This document shows positions 25,701-37,914 of a stretch of 64,000 nucleotides of DNA, piece after piece. Below the pieces are notes generated by a model. The model did no database searches, was not told the origin of the DNA, and was given only the letters and a program-made list of their open reading frames with translations. Source of the stretch: Ramazzottius varieornatus (taxonomy: Eukaryota > Animalia > Tardigrada); assembly GCA_001949185.1 (NCBI GenBank), contig BDGG01000001.1, positions 3,241,324-3,305,323 of the forward strand. The letters run 5' to 3'. How positions within the stretch are numbered: the first letter of the stretch is position 1; each line of letters begins with the position of its first letter. A program made the translations under genes and the position numbers.

Positions 25701-27361
25701 GAAACAATCTTGCCGGGCTTGTTTGTCGAACTGCTCAATGACTTACGCCATTCTTGAAGCCACAAGCTTTGTCAATCAGCTTGATATTGCCCATGGTACT
25801 TCCGATGTGCCACAGCGGCGGTTTCAGCTTATACATGCACTCAGCTGCCTGTCCTGCTTTCTTGAAGTCTCTCGCCAATACCGACATCTCAAAAAACGTC
25901 GCGACAATCCAGTACTCTTTCAGCGAGTCCAAGCTGCCTTTGCGACCGATCATGTGGTTCAGCTGAATAAGAACGGACTGCAGTTCCGGAGACTGCTCGA
26001 AACGTTCACCGGACACGACCAAAAGTGTGGCCAAGTTAATCCCCGCAAACTCATTTGGCTTCAACTGAAACCGAAAGCTGATTAGTACTCCATTCGAAAA
26101 TGATAGTGTCAAGATGGGGAGAAGATACACGTACGGCAAAGCCCTTTCGGTACCATTCGATGGCTTTCAGAAGCTGGCTTCTGTTCGTATATTTGCTCTC
26201 GGCGAACATATCTTTGTAGATTCTTCCGCACAGACACACGCCGTCTGGATTGCTGTAGCTAGTGTCACTACACAGCTTCTCGATCACGTCCAAGGCTTTG
26301 GCACGGTCGCCAGGCTGGTTCCGCCGCACCAGAGCGAAGGAATACCAGTACATAAAGTCCGAGTTCTGAAGAAGGGACTGAGCTGCCGGCTGCTCGGACT
26401 TCGACTTCACGTCGTCAATGAGGCTGATCATCGAACTGTAATCTTGAATATCCCTACGAAGAAAACCCGTTCGCAGACTTTGTTTCACCGGAAGAATAGT
26501 GTACGAGAGTCCTACCTGAATGAAAGCGTCAGGTTGAAGGCTGTCTCGGTGGACAGTAATGTTGGATCTGAGTCGAACCCATGTCGAAGGTTATCGAGCT
26601 CGGTCTTTAGTTCAGCACCGGTGAGGGAATCCCTGGCCTTTCGGAGATCTTCCAGGAATTTCTGTATGGCTCGGGTAGATGTAGCGGGCTTCATATCTTT
26701 GAGCATGAGCTTGATCTTGGAATGGAGAGTTATCCCTGCGTCGGCCATCCACGATTCCGTAACCACGCATCGCTCACCGTCTTCCGACAAGGAGTATCCA
26801 ATGCTGTTCATAGCTGCTGCTCCTGCAAAACGATAGCAAACGATAGCATTTGGTATAGACTGCATGCATCGTCGTGTCAATCATAGTCCAGTATATCGCT
26901 GTATATGAAAACTCCATATAAGATCGACATGTGCCAAGGTTACCGAGACTTGAACGAAATCCATGAACCATCTCACTATGATACAGTATAATGGCTTCCT
27001 GCATTTCGAAACGCTCCCGAGAACCAATGTGTCCTGAAAGGGATATCTGCTGACTGGAGATCGACTACACGAAAGAGAGCAACACATATATTAGGATTGG
27101 TAACTACACTTGTTGCGCTCAGATATATACCATATCAACGATAGCGACATCCGCGCTGTACACGATATCCAGAACGGCAGCTTCCCCGAAGTCCAGTCGC
27201 TCGAACTGAATCAACTGAAGAGTAATTTGGAGCTCTTTGGCAGCTTTGACGATGTCTTCATAGGCTTTCTGTCTAGTGGGAAGGCCTTCTGGCTGGACCA
27301 GATCGATCACACAGGCCAGCGTAAGACGGCGATCTCGCGCCGGCTCCCGGTTGGCACTCAT
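22724..27361 (-). CDS. ASK1-family MAP kinase kinase kinase (MAP3K5/MAP3K15-like)
   Basis: N-terminal [22 protein letters not shown] (ASK TBD), TPR-like region ([40 protein letters not shown]), PH-like region, kinase domain ([41 protein letters not shown]), [10 protein letters not shown] and a C-terminal coiled coil. Confidence 0.93.
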
Positions 27362-27729
27362 CCTCGGCAGCTGAACAGTAGCTTCCTATACAGCTGACAG
27401 AACGAAGCTAAGAACGCTTCAGGTCACGTAAGGAAGATGCAGATGAGGCGATCCAGAAGCCCATGCCAGATCTTCTCAAAACTGGATGGTTAGACATGAC
27501 TAGGCAGTTTTCTCGCCATGACATGACTTAGTCCATTAATTCTCTGTAATCAAAACCTCTTACAGTAGGTTTTCCTGTGTGATGTCATGGTCGATCGCCT
27601 TACTTACTAACCTATACGACAATTGGGAAATATTATGTCGTACCTCGGTCTCCTCTTAATTTCGTAATTATGAACTCCATTGGTTCGATCTCCCTAAACG
27701 CGATTCTATCGATTCCTGTTGGACCTAGG

Positions 27730-28620
27730 ATGGAACCTTGTACGAAAGAGATGTTGAATAGAGTGGCATCGCTATCTTCGGACGACGTGCGATTCAGAAA
27801 TCAAGCGCGAGATGAGCCGGAGCTGACGTATGTGGAGAAGATGGATATCGTAAGCAAGGTGCTGCATACCCCGTCCAACTTTCTGTTCCGTTTCGGGCCA
27901 TACCTAAATTCTGCCGATCTGGAACATTTTGAACAGTTCTCTGGAGATCCGGACGTTGCCCATCAGTTACAAGACCTTCGAAAACAACTGAATAGCGACA
28001 GGATGCGCACCCTCATACGAAATCGTCGCTTTGCTTCAATTGACTCTCTTACCACTGCCGGTTACTTCGACGAAAGCGAAATGCAGCGCCGCGACCCTCT
28101 ACTGTACGAAGAACTTGTCGAAAAGCATATGACACCTGAAGAGAAGCTGGAGGTGCAGAGACTAAGGGATATTCGAGAGCGAGCGGAGAAACGAGATAGC
28201 GAACAAAGGCATCCTTTCGCTGATATCTTAATGGAGTCGTTGATTGAGAAACCGGAAGTGGACGCCTATAGGGAAAGACAGCGAGAGAAAGAACAGGGCC
28301 AGACTCAAGAGGAGGAAAAAGACACAAGTGACGAAGAAGGCGATGCGGAAGACGAGAGTACAGAGATACGGAAGAAGGTTGACTCATTGCATCTGGAATC
28401 TACGGATAGAGCCGAGCCACCGGAAGTCCCGCTTGATGACGAAGAACGAGCATTGCTGAGAGAAGAATTTCGCCAGATCATGCAGGAACGTTTCCTGGAA
28501 GGCAAGGACAGTGATTTCCTGGACTACGGGGCGATAGACCAGAATGCGGCATTAGATAGGTCGGATGAGTTCTTGCGAGATGAAGAAGACAGGTATTTCG
28601 ACGATGAAGAACCGTCGTAA
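27730..28620 (+). CDS. CCDC97: Coiled-coil domain-containing protein 97 (DUF2052), single exon
   Basis: IRNRRFA...YFDESEMQRRDPLLYEELV and EERALLREEFRQIMQERFLEGKDSDFLDY...DEEDRYFDDEEP motifs. The ORF is also open from 27670. Confidence 0.9.
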   Translation: MEPCTKEMLNRVASLSSDDVRFRNQARDEPELTYVEKMDIVSKVLHTPSNFLFRFGPYLNSADLEHFEQFSGDPDVAHQLQDLRKQLNSDRMRTLIRNRRFASIDSLTTAGYFDESEMQRRDPLLYEELVEKHMTPEEKLEVQRLRDIRERAEKRDSEQRHPFADILMESLIEKPEVDAYRERQREKEQGQTQEEEKDTSDEEGDAEDESTEIRKKVDSLHLESTDRAEPPEVPLDDEERALLREEFRQIMQERFLEGKDSDFLDYGAIDQNAALDRSDEFLRDEEDRYFDDEEPS

Positions 28621-29978
28621 CAGGCGAAGCGAGAACAACGGATGCTCCTGTCTTGCTTGGTCTTGTACCATACGTGAGTTCGTTTTGTTTCGAAAATATT
28701 CCATCTTGACTGGTTTCGTATTCTTATGTTGATCAAATATGTCAGTACCAATTTTTGTATCTACTAGGTTGATTTTTTTGCAGTTTTGTTGAGAGTCCAG
28801 TTGGACGTGGAACCGAGGGCTCGCCGTTGTGTTCCCATGAAAATGCAAGTCAAGCGAAGATCGTCTTTTCTGTTTCTCCAGTTGTTCCGGAAGGTTGTTG
28901 CAATGTTGACAAAGGTTCGGAAAGCTCTGTGGCGACTCCAGTATGTGAATACCAGAAACATACAGTTTGGTCCGGATAAGACCACTGGCAACGCCCAAGG
29001 ACCCATGCATATCGGATCAGAATGGCCCGTGACATAACCTTCTTCCGGTGCATTTGTCTGTGCTAATGATGGCATGTCTTTATGAGAAAGAGTCGTGTAT
29101 ACGGGGCACGCGATTAGAGAATTCCGAGGTTGGGACTTGGACGGGACTTGAGGGATTGGCCAAGTCGTGACAAGTGGCAATAAACCTGATTAGCACATTC
29201 GAGATCCTTGTTTGTTGAGCAGTGGGCCATCAGACAGATTTGGTACCACTGCAGACCGGAGAGCTTCATGCTACTGTACGCGTAGTATTTACTTCGTCAA
29301 ACTTCTGTGCAATGAGCATCCTACTTCACCGCGCGTCTCCTTGCTTTCGTTTAATATTTATGGGACGCAGAGGGTTTCGAGATGGGTTCTTAGCCCGCGG
29401 TTTCAACTGCCTCACGCAATAATTGATTTGGCTTCCCACTGAAGTTGAACTCTAACCCGGGAAGAGGCGCGGCACTTGTTTGCTGAACGTCATACTAAAT
29501 GTCGCTTGACACAATAGCCGCTTAACGAACCCGATCTGGCTACGTGTCTCGCTGCTGCACAGTCCTCTATTGCGGCCGGGGTTGGCATCCGGGAAGGGGA
29601 TGATGAAGGCGTCATTTGTCATGCACCCACGGTCGGCAGTATATGCTGCGAGTGTGATATGCGAGTCGTGGGATGAAAAGTTGAAAACAAGACGAACAAG
29701 AGCTCAACAAGCTGTTATTAAGTTGCGATGGATTGTGGGGCTTTTGTCCGAATTGCTCCTCTGAGGCCTCTCGTTTATCAGTAGCTGTCATTGGTGAGTG
29801 CCATGTTGATAACTCCGGTGGAACTGATATTGTTTGGGGATCTTTGAAGCATTTCCGGTTCAAACGTTTTCCATTCACGACCGTCTGTCTATCCTACTGT
29901 CGATGGTTGTGGTGGGTAAATTCGCTGATCTTTACTGCGGTTTCTGCAGACGTCAATTAGCAATCAGGTGCCGCTGTC

Positions 29979-31786
29979 ATGGATTATACGTCGTCGATGA
30001 CGCTCGGCGACCCAGAGTTTCCACCGAAAAACGGGGTGATAATCAAGCAAGGCGAAATTTTCGTCCAGGAAAACCGGAGATTCCTTTTCGCTAAATGGAA
30101 GGTACCGTATAATTCTCTCAATCTGTAATACCGTCACGAATGTTACTCGCACAAAACTTACCAACTGTTGTTATTTCTTACCCATACTTTGTTTTCCCTG
30201 TTTTTTATAATTTTATCCCACCGTTTTCGTACACAGTGAAAGTACTGAAGACCGGTAAATGAAACGTACCACAAGAGCGTCATCTGAAGTGGCGCACGTT
30301 TTCACCGGTGTTGGCTCGTAACGTGCGGCACTTCAGATAACACCCTGTACGTTTTGTTGCCGGCCTCCCAAACTTCTTCTTTGTTTTTCTGGGTAATCGA
30401 TTGATTTTCTGTAGAAAATGCCCATAAAGTAACGCGAAGCAAATGTTTTTGTTGACAGGTATGGAGGAAGCGTTTCGTGACGCTACGTTATCGAGCAAAA
30501 GCCGCGACGTCCCTGTTGCAAATTGATCCGCCGAACGCCCTTGTTACGTCTTCGGTATCACACACTCTGACTTCGAGGTCGTCCACTGAGATCATCGATT
30601 CCAGCGGGCCTCAGGACCTAGCTTCCGCCAAAGTGCTGCAGCTGGTAATTGACGAGCACTCCGAGCCTGTCATACTCAAGCATCAAAACATGGATGAGAT
30701 GAATGACTGGCTAGCAGCTTTCCGCTTGGTTTCCGCTCTAGGGGAAACCTCGAGCATTTGCTCCGACACAGATTCTAGCACCTGGACGTGTTCTCAGGCG
30801 GCGGCCTCTCCTGTCATTTCGGAGTCTCCTATAACCTCGTTTCCCCTAGGTAATTCAATCTCGGTGTGGTGTAATGGCATTCACCTGAATGAAATGATAC
30901 CCAATTTGTCGTTTCTAGATGTACCGACTATCTTCCTTGTTAGACTTGGTCCTTGTCCCACCCAGCAAGAGTTGGGTTTTTCTGTCGACTGTGATTATGA
31001 ACTGCACATCGATAGTCATGAGTTTTCGCTGCATGTGATCTCCAGTACGACGAACCCATCTTCTCACCACAACAGCAACAACTCCGTCCCTCACAGCAAT
31101 ACCTCCGCGTGGCCCCTTTCAGCCGTCCATAAAGTTGTCGTTGAAGAGCAGAAACTAGAGGACGGGAAAATCACCAAGAATATCATATGTGTATCTGTGT
31201 CAAAGTAAAGAACAGAAAAAGAAGCTCGGCAAACACACCAGACAGATCGTGTGCTCATGTAGCGCGCGTCATCAGCGACACTGGTTGAAAGAGTGCGCTA
31301 CTTTGGAAAACGATCCGGTCGAGTTTAATTGCCGAGCTCCTAAGAATCAATGACGTGCACCGACTGATTTCTCAGACTGAGATTTCTTTCAGACCCGGAA
31401 GTACCGAAGAAAAGCCCTACGTTTTGACCATAGTGCCTGCCGTCGACTGCGCAAAACTTTATAATAGACTCAACGTCACTGCTGCCCGACTCCATAACGC
31501 GGATCATAGGTCGACGGATCATAACGCGGATCATAGGTCGACGGAAAGCGAGCATAGCATTGTTCGCAGCGAGAAACCAAGTAACAACTTGATATTTGTT
31601 TTCGCTTTGTGGGCCGAAAGTTCTAAAGGTCAGTTTGATAGCCCTCGTCAGCAAACGGCGGCCAGGCTCGGAACGGATGCGGAAGAAACCCTTGCTAAAT
31701 CTGATACAGCAATCAAGTTTGATGAGCTCAACCGAGCAGTTATCTCCAGTTCTGCCAAGACTTCCACCGCGAGACCGTCCGTTTGA
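29979..31786 (+). CDS. PH + IRS-type PTB docking protein (Dok/IRS/FRS2-like), divergent
   Basis: Exon 1 IIKQGEIFVQENRRFLFAKWK splices to VWRKRFVTL...EMNDWLAAFRLV (PH domain), followed by FLVRLGPCP...YELHIDSHEFSL...WPLSAVHKV (IRS-PTB pattern). The 3' end is uncertain (31786 or 31880). Confidence 0.6.
31493..31545 (+). repeat. 27-bp tandem duplication within the coding sequence (HNADHRST x2)
   Basis: CATAACGCGGATCATAGGTCGACGGA occurs twice in tandem with a 27-bp period. Confidence 0.9.
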
Positions 31787-32348
31787 TCCTCAAAGCTCGG
31801 CCCGACGAAGTCAGAAGTTGACCAGACTGGCATTCGCCGATTCCAGAGAAAGCTCCGGCTCCGCAGATGTGGAGTCTTAGGAGATCCATGCATATGTACC
31901 CGAGTGCAGCACGCCAGTCATTTTACCCAATTGTACTGTCGCTGTTCGCACATAACGGAATTCCAATAAATCGTTTTTTGTCTAGAATATTCCATGTTTT
32001 TTATTTAAAAAGACTGAAATAGTCAAAATACTAATGGTTTACACAATGAGTAACTGTACCTCGTACAGTTTCTGCATTTTTGACACCCAAAAAAGCATTA
32101 AAGAAGTCTGTAGAACTAACAAGTACAGTAAAGTAAAATCTGTTGTCCTTTAACACGAATCTCTCAGGCTGCTATTTGATAGCGAGAATGCTCTGCAAAA
32201 CCCCTGACCTCGCTAAACTAATACTTTCCTTTAAAAACCGGAAACCATCTCTAAAGGGGACCCCAGATGCTAGCAAGTCAGAAGCCATTTGTTTCTAATA
32301 ACGGTTGGTATACTTGCTTGTCTTCCTTCGTGGATTATGCACTGTGAA

Positions 32349-35300
32349 CTAGAGTTCATATATGCTGTTGATCGTTGAGGGATCTATAATGTGCAAACCG
32401 CAAAGAGGGTAATTAGATTGATCGAAGGCTGAATGTGAGAATTTGATTTTAAGAGTGAAAAGCACGTACTTACGCACCGGTGCTGCTGGGTAAGGCCGAA
32501 TCACTGTGGCGGTCCTGTGTGATTTGGGCGGAAACGAGGCTCTGACGCGAGGCACTGCCCGACTCTTTGCTTACTTGTTCTTTCGTCAGTCTAGCTCGCT
32601 CGGTGGCTCGTTGCCTCAGCCGCTCGTTCAGAAGCTTCACCTTCTCCTCTTTCTGAAAACATTCGGCCAGTAACAGCTGCGCAAATTTTTCAAAAATTCA
32701 TTGATAAGAGAGGCGCTTTGCCCAGAATGGTTTCACCTCTTGTATTTGTTTCTTGAGCTGTTCGTTTTCAGCAAGGAGTTTCTGATGTTTTTCTTCCTCC
32801 TCCCTACTCGGCAGCGAATCTTCCAGCTTTTTACTGTCATGATGTTCTCCAGTCTTCCGTCGGTAAATTTCTATTACCTAAATGTCAAACATAACGTAAA
32901 AGTAATGTCACATGACATTAACTATCTGGGTTTCGGCGGCCGAATTCCATATCGATGGATCAGTGGGCAAATCTTTCAGGAGACATGTTCAAAGTTTTGG
33001 AACTCCAAGGGCACAGTTGAACTAGTGATGCAGTCAGGTGTAACATACATCGAGGAACACGATCCTGAAGTTCATTTGGCCGTCTGACCAGTGGTCAGGT
33101 GGTTATGTCAGAAAGGGGTTCGAAATTTCGAGTGAAAATGTTTTGACGTCAAAGTGAAGTCAAACAGCGTGAGATGCACCTGCACCTGTTCGGACGCCCG
33201 GTGGGGATATCTCAGCTGGTAGTTACCTCCAGAATTTCGAGATAATCTTCCCAGAAGGGCGAACAGTTTCTTGAGACTTTGAGCCACGGCGAGGTACGGC
33301 AAACTGACCAATCAGTGACCGTGGATATTCGCAACAACTTGATGTCAGAAAAGGGTCGGTCGGAAGCAAAAACGATCGTTAAGGAATTCGGCCGCCGAAA
33401 CCCATTGTTTTAGTGAGACAACAACAACATTCGTATACTGTGTTACCTTCGGAACAAAGATGAGACCCATGCTGAGGAAACAGCAAAACATGATTGAGAG
33501 AGCCACGAAAACAAACTTGGCGTTATGTTGCTTGTTGATGATCATTGTCACGGGTGCAGTGATGATGCAAAGTACCTAAGCGGAAAAGTGACAACAAAAT
33601 GAGCGTGGTCAAAGGTCGCGGTAGATCTTGTGTTAGGGTATACTCACAACAACGTTGTAGATGCTCATTCCGACAAATCTGGAGTCATTTAGCTCTCTAA
33701 TTTTGACGTTTCTGGTCTCGTAAGCGAGGAACAAGCCAAAGATCAAGAACAAGCCTTTGTAGGCAAATATGATACCTACAATAGTAAAGTCATACTTCAG
33801 GTTCCTCCAACACCCGTAACCTCAGGTAATACTTGCCCATCCATATCGTGTCGTTGGTCGATACGCATTGTTCAAGAAGCGGTTCATACTCGATGTCGTC
33901 TTCGATATCCTTGGCCGCTTCCGGTGGAAATCGGTGGGCTTCGAGTCGCATAGGGTTGATGCCGGTCCACAATGCCAGTATGAGCACGTCGATGGCCAAA
34001 AGGCCAGCTACGACGACATACAGCTGCCACGACTCAACTTTCTGTAAAAAGCAAAGGTCCTCATAAGGTTTCGGCAAACCATGGGGTCCGCGCCCGTAAA
34101 AAGAGCCGCGGCTTTGGCGGCCCGTCATTCTCGTGCTCTTGCAGGTGGCATAAACGAAATTTTACTCCAGACATTCTGTGAACAGGGATGCGACATCGTT
34201 TACATGGACAAGCTAGAAATTTAAGATACATCCAATTAGAGATCGTGCACACATTCCCTCTGGACACGCAGAGTAAACTGGGACCGATACATGGCGGTCC
34301 CAGACAAGGGCACAGTGGTCATGCAGGTACGTAGTACTTGGTCTAACCTGGATCTGCACTAGGGAGGAGAAAGTGCGAATTTCAGAAAAGGTGGTGGTAC
34401 TGCCAAAGCTACCAGAGGAGCGACCGGCAGATCGGCGGGCTTCGCGCTGTGGAGTAAAACGAAAAGGTGCGGGTAGTGAAGAATAAAATGGATGGGACCG
34501 CGGGCTTCACCGGAACTCGGAACCATACTTAATTTTACCGTTTCGAAAAAACAACTAATTCAACTGGGGGTGTGGTCAAATGATCGAAACAGGAAGAACA
34601 GTTCTTCGAGGGATATTGTGGCTTGCAAATTGGGGCTGTATTATTAAACAAAGTTCCCTCAGGGTACCTTGCTTTCCTTCTTGGCTCGTGTGCTGAGACT
34701 ATGGACGTTCCAGATTTTTGCAAACATCGAGCCATATGACAGAGTGAAGCCGACTATGAGGACCCACGCTCGAGCCTGATAAAGGATAGATTAAAGTAGG
34801 AGTAGGTACGGCGTAAAGTTTAGGAGGAACACACTTGGCACAGCATGTGGAATGACGATTGTGGTATGAACGACCCGTCCAGGCCCAGAAGCACTACCGC
34901 TACTAGGCAAAGTGAAATTCCCAAGAGAATCAGATTGTTGATATTCGGATGCGACATTTGAACATGCCTACAAAGAGAAGCGTCAGAAAACATCCCGGAG
35001 CGATATCGATGAGAGACGAAACGCGCCACCTACCTTCTGAGTCGGTGCATCATGTTGAAAACAAAGCACGCAATTGCGCAAGCGATGCCAAAAGCTGCCA
35101 AAGACACCATGGACCAGAAAAGGAACCGATCGACGGTACGTAGAGTCGGGATAATCAGAGTCTCATGCCGCGGAGGCTGCAATGCCAAATTATCTAACAT
35201 CATAAAATATCGAGCTCATCAATGTACACACCACGGTGTCGTTTTGTACCTTTCCACCAATCCACCGGTCTCTGTACTTTGTCGACCAGTCAATCTGGTC

Positions 35301-37050
35301 CTTGAAAGGATCGTAGTACCCTAGCACCTTATAGATACCATCTTGCATCTGTTCCAGCTGGGTGGGCGCAATGCGATCACCTTCACTGGTGAAACTAACT
35401 CTGCCGGAGACTCCTTCGAATGTGACGTTCTGCATTGACTCGTAAATGACGCGTGCGGTGAACTCGTCCGAGTATGTGAAATCCTCCAAACGTTTCCCGA
35501 ATTTGGCCAGCTCCTGTATACTCTTGTTGAAAGCCAGCGCAATGGCCCAGACGGCGTCATACGCTAACGGAGACTCCACGTACCCCGGCGTATGTTCGGG
35601 ACTCTTGTCCAGGCGTGGTCTTAACTGATCGAAGAAGTCGTTCGTGGTCTGAAATAGACCGTGCCGAGTTTCTGTCAATCGTCGGCAAGGAAGGAATATT
35701 GTGACATACCATGCCAGATAAGGTGGTAACGTTGTTGAGATTCTTGATCAGGGACTCCGCTGTCAGGTGACCTTCCAAGGCGGTTTGTAGATGTTCGGCG
35801 GTGCAGTTGATACTCTTATCGTCCACTTGGAACCAGTTGTCGGCATACCTGCAAAAGGTTTGGCGGTACTATTGCACGTAGCTGTGGCATCCTTCGCCAT
35901 GTTCAAGGGTAAACAAGAGCACGGAAAGAAAACTTACCATCCGATGATGAGCCATACAACGCGTTTTCCATAGAGGTTATTCTTGTAGGCTTCGCAAAAG
36001 ACTTTTCTGGCTGGAGTCTCATAGAACAGCCCGACGATGATGCGAGCGTCTGATCTGTTTAAGTTGCGGACTGCTTCTGCTGGATCTTTCAGGAAGGACT
36101 GCCTCGTAACGATGTCGATACCCGCCTGCTTGCACAAAGACTCCAAATTTTCCACACTCTGAAATCCGAAAGAACACTGCCCTTGTATTAATATGTTTGT
36201 AGAAAAATGGCGAAAAAGCCATTGTGCTGGTGGCTCGTGGAATACAAGAAGCGCGATCCCATTCATACCGAAACAAAAACTTCTTCTGCTTCCTGGATAA
36301 TGTTGATCTTTTTCCATCCATAGTGTTTGAATAACTGGACATATGCAGGATTGTTGAGGTTAGCCGAGGGATGTGTGCGGAAGAAGGTGGTAAAGCGTTT
36401 CCGGTCGGACAAGGCTGGAGAACTCGAACCGTAAGACATCTGCAAAAGAGTACTTTCTGGCCAAGTTGTGATATGGAGCATTTCGAGCAAGCTAACAACA
36501 CTTGCCACAATAAGATTCCACATTTTTGCTGCTTCGGCGATGGTGGTAGTAACGGTGGAGCATCCGGGTCCAAGTAGCATTATTTTCTGCGGCGGGTTAT
36601 ACAGCAGGTCGTACAATATTGTAATCCCCTTCCCCGGCTCGCACTGCAGGAGAAATTATAGAGCTTGATCTGTCTGAAGTGAGCCCGGGAGCCCCGGCCC
36701 ATTGAAGCTCTGAACGCACCGGCAAGAGCTTACCTCGCTATCGTTCCATTTCAGATCCAAGCGATATCCGGGCAGCAAGTCAGACTGCGTGTTGACGTGC
36801 TCCAAAGCCATTTGGGCTGCTGGATAACATCCCGCGCCCCCGGCCCATCCGCCTTCTCCCGTTATTGGAAAGATTCCTGGACAAGTAATAGACTAGTATG
36901 CTGCGCATATCCATACCGGTCACGGATATACGGGATATGACAATGTCACTTTCTCATACCTGCTAAAACAAGGTCCGTCAAGCCATTTGCACACGGTAGC
37001 GCAACAAAAAAAATGTGGGATAGCAACGGTACCAGAAGTAATCTGACCAT
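32349..37050 (-). CDS. GABBR1: GABA-B receptor subunit 1 (class C GPCR), no sushi domains
   Basis: Signal peptide from ATG 37050; Venus flytrap motifs [73 protein letters not shown]; 7TM region ([36 protein letters not shown]); C-terminal coiled coil with RxR-type RLRQR. Last exon slightly uncertain. Confidence 0.93.
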
Positions 37051-37914
37051 CGTCTAACCGGGTCTCCTGACCAGGAACAGTTATCGTTGATACCAACGCG
37101 GAACTGGAGAAGTATTCAAGAATCCAGGATCCCCGCTCGAACTTCTAAGTTTTTGCTCGTGGAAACTGGACGGATCAAAAAGTTCAAAGATTCGGGTGAA
37201 GCGCTATATGCTGGAAAAAACGTCAATAACTCAGAGCTCGTTGACAAGCTTCGGCTACAAATAAAACGTGCTCGAGCATGAGGCTCCGATACACTGTGGT
37301 TCTCTTACCACTCTCCATGTCGAGTCGAGAAGTATCGATTTTTCCGGCTTCTGTAAGTGCGAACTCATGAAATCTCGGGCTCGAGTTCATCCCCGAGCTC
37401 TTTCTGCATGGCTTTGCGAACCGCGCCTGGAGTTATCCTGCAACAGAGATCTTCTCAGTTTCAGCTGAGTTATATGAACAGAAATACATCAAAACGACCG
37501 GCACAAAGCGCTTTCTGGCTGGCTCGCCGCTCGCGCACCAACGAAACGTTACTTACTGAATTCCAATGGCATTGCCTACCAATGCAACACGGAGCCCTTG
37601 TGGCAGTATGATGACTTTCGACAGCATAAACTGGGGTATCGCGCAACAGTCGACATCGATCTAGCTTTCGGTTTTTATAGTTTGTGTTTTGAGTTCAAGA
37701 TTTTGCTTAGGCATGAGCTTGCAAAAACTCAAAAACAATTCAGAAATAAAAGATAAGAATGATCAAATACTATGAGGTCAGCACGATGCCGTTAACCAGA
37801 ATTGCCCGTCAGCACAAAAAGACGATTCGGCATTGACTGCAATAGTGCAGTACACATTGAACAATGAAGATTATTTTCCCACAACAGATTCGGTGCGATA
37901 ATTTTTTCAAAGGC

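Noticed and set aside
26114-26836. 240-aa + strand ORF and similar long ORFs (4165-4731, 4740-5288, 58023-58649)
   Set aside because: Antisense shadows of real coding exons, with no independent motifs.
28552-29180. Minus-strand ORFs with a CPVYTT motif reminiscent of the dynein heavy chain C-terminus
   Set aside because: No other dynein features and no coherent exon chain; left unannotated.
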